This document shows positions 58,960 to 64,000 of a stretch of 64,000 nt of DNA, one piece after another. This DNA is from an uncultured virus (IMG/VR IMGVR_UViG_3300033630_000015) (taxonomy: Duplodnaviria > Heunggongvirae > Uroviricota > Caudoviricetes). The notes beneath the pieces are model-generated. The model worked only from the letters and a program-made list of their open reading frames with translations. It searched no databases and was not told the origin of the DNA. The position numbers and the translations under genes are program-made. The DNA is taken from IMG/VR virus record IMGVR_UViG_3300033630_000015. One strand, 5' to 3'. Every line of letters starts with the position of its first letter. Within the stretch, counting starts at the first letter, position 1.

Positions 58960-59547
58960 GGTATTCTTCAACTCCTGATAATTTATAAAGGTCTTTCCAA
59001 AGTTTTTCACATCTTTCGCAGCGAACGAGCATCCATAACTCATCCCCATATCGTATATTTCCCGAATCGATCTCGTCAGATCCGCAATATGGGCAATGAT
59101 TACCACCGTCTTTAAGATATTTGGCTTTGGCCTCATCAGAGATCAAGTTTAATCATCCGCCGCATAATTTATGTCCTGGCCAAGCCTAAAGACTTGCTTT
59201 TCAAGGTATGGGATATTGCCGGAGATTCCGTAAATTGTGCCGTCTCGGGTTATAAAGATGGCTCCGATATCGTCATCAGCAATTCCCAGGTTAACCATGA
59301 CAGCTTTGACATCTTGACTATCTGAGATGAGCTGGGCGTCTTGTGGAATATCTTTAACTTGCATTATCAAATCCCCTGAATCGATCTACAAGCTCATCGA
59401 ATGTTTTGGTCCCGGCCATTGCTTGGAGAACTCTGGCCGCGCCGTTCGGAATATCGGCAATCTTCATCATTCTGCCTCCACGGAGATTCCCACAAGTTCT
59501 CCGGATTCCTCGTAGTATGTGACCCCATCGTAGGTGGCTGTGGTCAT

Positions 59548-59964
59548 TTAGGCCACAACCTTCGCACTGGGGAATGCCTCTGTTATGGCCTCATCATAAG
59601 GCCCGGCCCAAAATGGACTGTTTCCCGGAAGAGGATTCACAGGAGCGTTTACGTAGAATCTGAGCTTCTTGGCCTCTTTGAAGGCCCTGAGTTTGGTGAG
59701 AATGGCCTCATCAGGCTTGCCGCCTACGGTCTGAACCGCAATCATTGCTTTGCCCTTGTGTTCGTAGCGGACGATCAGCAATTTGCTGCTTGTCTTTTCG
59801 GCGGTGGGTTTGGGGGTTCTCGCTTTTTTGGTCTTGGGCTGTGTCTGGATGGGGGCCTGTGTCGCGGTGTTCGCAAATACGAGCATTGAGGTTAAGATGG
59901 CCTCATCATCTATTTTTTCGACAGTTTCAACTACCTTTTTTCTAAGTATGCTTATTTTGCTCAT
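59548..59964 (-). CDS. Basic hypothetical protein, first gene of the early cluster
   Basis: GGAGTGA RBS; K/T/P-rich linker. Confidence 0.7.
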   Translation of the reverse strand: MSKISILRKKVVETVEKIDDEAILTSMLVFANTATQAPIQTQPKTKKARTPKPTAEKTSSKLLIVRYEHKGKAMIAVQTVGGKPDEAILTKLRAFKEAKKLRFYVNAPVNPLPGNSPFWAGPYDEAITEAFPSAKVVA

Positions 59965-60126
59965 TTGGTATCACTCCTTTATTACTTTCCTGGAGGAATC
60001 TGAGTCGATTGCCTCATCAGGGTAATTAGGGGTCAGTGGACGATGCACCCAAAGGTTAGGAGGCCAATGGAAAAAGTGTCGCCCACTGTTGACGGGTTGT
60101 GAAGGGAGTTCAGCAATCCCGCCAAT

Positions 60127-60167
60127 AGCAGTGTCCGGAATCGAACCGGAAGTATGCCTGCACTGCT
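60127..60167 (-). ncRNA. tRNA-like minihelix (t-element) 2
   Basis: AGCAGTG-CAGGCATACT-TCCGG-TTCGATT-CCGGA-CACTGCT: perfect 7-bp acceptor stem plus a 5-bp T-stem with a 7-nt loop. Confidence 0.7.
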
Positions 60168-61061
60168 TCTTTGCCGGAGCCCTGGCCTTCCCCTCGACCG
60201 GGACTCGTCGTCGTTATCGGTCCGGCGCTCGTATCTGGCCCGTTCGCTGTCGGCTACTTGGGCTATGCGAGCTAGATCAGAAGTAAGGGCATTTTTGGCC
60301 TTTGGCGACTACCCTATGGTTCGGCTGGGTTTTTGGTGAGATGGCGTCTCGAAACCCGGCTTACACTAATCGCCGCATCAGGGCTAGTCAAATCCTCTGA
60401 ATCGATCAGATTTGGCCGTATCAGAGTTTGGTCAATCGGTTAGGTGGAAGGGGTTTCTTTTTCGACGGCATTGCAAAGGGGAATCTGCAATCGTGATCAT
60501 TTTTCCTTCCTCGGCTCGTCACTCTGGACTGATCCATTGCTCCGATTGACTCCGAAGGGTTGATCTGACCTTTGAGCTTGTGGCTTTTGGGTGGAGCCAT
60601 TGCCGTTTGTTGAGGTTCCGCCTCGACTTTAAGCCCAGCCTACGGAATGAATACCGATTTGCGGCTAGGACGGCTAACCATTGTTGCGCGGATTGATTGC
60701 TTTTGGCTTTTGGAGTCTGATGGAAAAATCGGGACTGGGATGCCATCTATTGCCCATATCCGTATTTCCTGCTCCGAAGTTGCTCTGTATCACCTCGATT
60801 GATGCCTATCTGTTTTCATAAAGCCGATACCTGATGATATTGATTTTGATTAACCCCAAACCGCCCAGCAATGAAGATCTCATTTCCCCGGAATTCGGAG
60901 AGATCGCCGGTTTTGGCCTGCCTGCTCTATTTGGGATTTTGGTTTTGTGCTCCGGTGTTTGGTTATTCGCCTTCGCACAATACCTCTCTTAGGCCTTGAG
61001 GATATAAAGCTTGCTGAACAACTATGCCCTACTGTGATCGATATGGTGATATCTTGTACGT

Positions 61062-61883
61062 TGATGTACATATTTGTACATTGGAAAGGATGGTTGGGGT
61101 GGTCGATTTCCGCGATGATGGCGCTTGATAGTGGTTTGATGTGGCGGGATGGCGACGAAAGGCGGAAAAATCGGCAACTGGCGGCTGTATATATCATGTA
61201 CGCACGCGTATATCTATATATAGGGGAGATATTGCCGCCTGTTATCGATTATATGGGATATATGCGGTCGATGATGGCTACTGATAGCGATATATGGGAT
61301 ATATGTGAGATATGTGTGATATATTCGAAAATTAATAAAAATGAAAAAGATGAAACGAAAATTTTTAAAATGAAATTAATTCAATTTACTATTATAGGGG
61401 ATATCCTGATATAAAGCGATAAGGGGAGGGGCCAAATCCAAGTGCACAGAAATGGACATTGGCGGCGAGAGGTTGGCAATGGTGCTTGAAGATATGCATT
61501 GGGACCCGGAGATGTGCATTGATGTACGAATATGTACATTTTGGCGTTGGCAGTAATATAACCCTAGAAATGCCTCAACCCGCCTACGGAACTATTGACT
61601 CACCAATGTACATATCTATCCATCTAGGGTTATATGAGCGCCTTGTAGCCCAGATCTGAGCATGGTTGAAGAAGGCAATCCCGGTATGCCTGGCCTGGCA
61701 CCCACATCCAGCAATCTCCTAATATCAAGTTCATATGAGGTTCATATCGTCACTAGCGATCGAATATGTACATTGCCGGGCTGGAATTATCAGGAACGGC
61801 CCGATTCAAGCACCAATGCGCAAATATGTACATCAGGCCGCATATACCAGCATCCCCCAACCCGCGAGCGCGACAATGTACCT
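61062..61883. repeat. Dispersed ATGTACAT palindromic repeats
   Basis: Perfect copies at 61064, 61532, 61606, 61766 and 61826 plus variants; 15-bp inverted pair 61062-61076 / 61821-61835. Confidence 0.7.
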
Positions 61884-62309
61884 TTCCAGACATTAAACCC
61901 CCCATATTTCCACTAGTGTAAACCCCAAGACAATAATGCTCACATTAATACAATAACACACAGCAGCGACCGAATAGGTGCGCATTAGCGCACCCTTCCC
62001 CTCCCGTGGAGGGGATTGAGGGGAGGAACCAGAAAGCTCCTACGTCACTTTCCGGTTGGGAAAAAAGATTGTATCAGAATCACATACCCCAACATAACCA
62101 AACCACAACCCAACCCTAAACCAAATAGCATAGCGCCATGCACCACAACAACCAGAACCAACAACCCACATAATACAATCTAACCCCATCAACACCACTA
62201 CAAATAATATCTACATAGCCTCGACCCTATAATAGAAAATTGGATTATTTTCGAAAAATTTCAAAAATTTTAGCAGATATCGATTTTAAAAAATAAATAT
62301 CCGTTGACA

Positions 62310-62549
62310 TCATATCCACCGTAATCGATTTCTCACAAATCGCAACCAGTCGCGCACTTTGTCCATTATTCGACGTTCGTTGCCACCATTTCTTGCCATT
62401 ATCCTCAACTCCTCCCAATACAAATCAGTCTCAGCAACCATCTTCGTTCTCCAAGCCAGATACTCTTCCTCTGTCATATCATCAGGCCCAAACACAAGAA
62501 CCCCATTAATTACCTCTGAAATCACGACGTGAACCTCCCATCCTTCCAT
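62310..62549 (-). CDS. Hypothetical protein
   Basis: ORF overlapping the YkgJ-like gene. Confidence 0.5.
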   Translation of the reverse strand: MEGWEVHVVISEVINGVLVFGPDDMTEEEYLAWRTKMVAETDLYWEELRIMARNGGNERRIMDKVRDWLRFVRNRLRWI

Positions 62550-62971
62550 GCCCCAATATACCTCAGATAATCCTCAAGCTCAAGTATGCGCAGGTTAGTC
62601 ACCTTTGCCAACTTAATAATCACGTCCTGGTCATCCATTTCAGGCAATTCGCCCGTTGATGTCTCGCAATAAATCGTAGGCCCAGCCAAATAAGGATACA
62701 TCCTACAAATCAGAGGTCTACTCCGATATATCCGGCATCCATTTTGATAAAACTCACATGGGGCCACATTCCGCAACGTCAACCTCTCATCATCCTTTGG
62801 ATGCCTCATAAAATGACGTTTAGCCGCCAGTCTCATCGAAATCCTAAACCTTCTTGCAATTCTAAGCGCATCCCTTGGATATATGTCAACAATTTTCGGT
62901 TCCTTGCAACACGTCCCACATCTCTTGCACTCGAAAAAGATCTGCCTAATAGCGCGCTCTTTCCAATTCAT
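62522..62971 (-). CDS. YkgJ-family CxxCxxCC Zn/Fe-chelating protein
   Basis: FECKRCGTCC..PCEFY..CRIY..RPLICRMYP. Confidence 0.85.
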   Translation of the reverse strand: MNWKERAIRQIFFECKRCGTCCKEPKIVDIYPRDALRIARRFRISMRLAAKRHFMRHPKDDERLTLRNVAPCEFYQNGCRIYRSRPLICRMYPYLAGPTIYCETSTGELPEMDDQDVIIKLAKVTNLRILELEDYLRYIGAWKDGRFTS

Positions 62972-63128
62972 ACCCCAACCTCCTTTCCACAAAACGGGCA
63001 ATACGTCAACTCATAATAAGCCATGTCTCGGCCAATCCACAACCTACCGTTGCGGCTTCTAACAACCAACGCATGAATCGCAGATTTCATAGTTTCACAG
63101 CATATGCACATGACCATGCCTGGCACTT

Positions 63129-63551
63129 TCATAGTTTAAAAGTCATCTCCTCGTCGTCATATTTAGGTTCCTTAATGGCAAAGAAGTCCTGCATGAACGG
63201 ACTCACCATGGGCTCGGAAAATCCCTTGCGAACCCTGTCTCGACCGCAAACGACCATGTTTATGATCCAGGTTCCACTGCCCCGTACCCTGCGTTCTTGC
63301 CCACAGACAAGATGGGTTTTAGGCCGCGTGCATACCTCAATCTTGCCCACAAGGTGCTCCATATAACTCGGCAATACCCTGTTCTCGCTGTAGTCCTGTG
63401 CTAGTGAGGAGTTGCCGGGAATTTGCCCCCCATCCACAGTCTTTTGGTCAGTACTACTTTGCAAGTTCGTCATGCTCAACTTCAGCATCGGAAAATCAAA
63501 TTGAGGAACCTTACCAGAAGGAAGGCCCATAGACCAGAAATTATTCATCAA
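63129..63551 (-). CDS. Hypothetical protein
   Basis: GGAGG RBS before MMNNF. Confidence 0.5.
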   Translation of the reverse strand: MMNNFWSMGLPSGKVPQFDFPMLKLSMTNLQSSTDQKTVDGGQIPGNSSLAQDYSENRVLPSYMEHLVGKIEVCTRPKTHLVCGQERRVRGSGTWIINMVVCGRDRVRKGFSEPMVSPFMQDFFAIKEPKYDDEEMTFKL

Positions 63552-63961
63552 ATACCTCCATTCATAGCGCACCAGGCCATCATAAACGGTTGAAAATGAC
63601 CAGGATGCCCTCTTATGTACATTGGCTCAACGTGTTCAAAGAGTTTTCCAGCAATGTCTTGCTCATGATCTCGGAGCCATGTGGCTGCCTGTTCAATTTC
63701 CTCGCATATATGATCGCATGCACAGGAATCGCACCTTTTTCTGAACTCTTCTTCAGCGAGGTCAATGCCAATCAAAACATAGTCGGCCATGTCTGGATCT
63801 GAATAAATCTCGTCAAGCGAATTATTCGCAGCTTCGAACTCGTTATTGGCAAAGATATCAACTTTCGAGATCGTCGTGACCTCATATGTCAGTCGATAAT
63901 GTTTAGCCAAAACTCCAAGAGCAACCTCGCATCGTATAGCCAACGCAAGATTATCGTTCAA
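63548..63961 (-). CDS. Hypothetical protein (may extend beyond the window end)
   Basis: ORF near the window edge; VDIFANNEFEAA motif and a Cys cluster. Confidence 0.5.
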   Translation of the reverse strand: MNDNLALAIRCEVALGVLAKHYRLTYEVTTISKVDIFANNEFEAANNSLDEIYSDPDMADYVLIGIDLAEEEFRKRCDSCACDHICEEIEQAATWLRDHEQDIAGKLFEHVEPMYIRGHPGHFQPFMMAWCAMNGGI

Positions 63962-64000
63962 GTATTTCAGGAACGCATCAACCAGTTTGCAATACTCTAC

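Larger units (their letters stand above)
49114..59964 (-). other. Early/host-takeover-type gene cluster of about 30 short co-oriented ORFs, mostly of unknown function
   Basis: Dense minus-strand small acidic ORFs with GGAGG/GAGGTGA RBSs and overlapping start/stop codons (e.g. 49114-49305, 49608-49931, 49928-50194, 53417-53635, 53825-54142, 55962-56471, 57700-57945, 58940-59146, 59149-59370). Confidence 0.75.

Noticed and set aside
59975..60030. Possible hammerhead ribozyme (CTGATGA...GAAA on the minus strand; similar near 60350-60385)
   Set aside because: Stem II does not close directly onto GAAA and I found no stem III/UH site; the segment folds better as a simple bulged hairpin.
56940..60167. 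Full tRNA genes or an attP site at the two GGTTCGA motifs
   Set aside because: There are no D or anticodon arms, the 5' acceptor strand is only 10 nt from the T-stem, and no integrase is present in the window.
61000..61900. CRISPR mini-array
   Set aside because: The repeats are only 8-15 bp, irregularly spaced and in both orientations.
60519..61916. ORFs 60519-60746, 60880-61197, 60947-61414, 61459-61659 and 61662-61916
   Set aside because: No RBS or recognisable motifs, and atypical composition driven by repeats and skew; treated as non-coding.

Overview
The window looks like a large part of an archaeal virus genome. The host is probably a Methanosarcinales/Methanotrichales methanogen, inferred from an MC1 chromatin protein, a COG4738-type regulator, an archaeal-type PolB and thymidylate synthase, and Methanothrix-like secreted proteins. 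Modules, left to right: (i) 0.2-15 kb, replication and nucleotide metabolism (PolB, XPD/DinG helicase, ERCC4 nuclease, thymidylate-synthase family, MazG-like, ASCH); (ii) 15-27 kb, a 3076-aa PEGA-tipped giant protein flanked by two thermonuclease (SNase) proteins; (iii) 30-45.7 kb, a structural block with two beta-rich 360-400-aa proteins that look like double-jelly-roll capsid proteins, followed by several adhesin/spike genes; (iv) MC1 and a RadB/RecA-like ATPase; (v) about 12 kb of small, mostly acidic early-type ORFs, including an Ocr-like DNA-mimic candidate; (vi) a 2.3-kb non-coding region with dense hairpins, ATGTACAT palindromic repeats and a strand-skew flip. I recognised no terminase, portal, HK97 capsid protein, integrase, CRISPR array or reverse transcriptase. 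Non-coding highlights are two 41-nt tRNA-minihelix ('t-element') structures and two ORF-less IS200/IS605-type end/omegaRNA-like cassettes. All family calls come from reading motifs by eye; no database searches were run.
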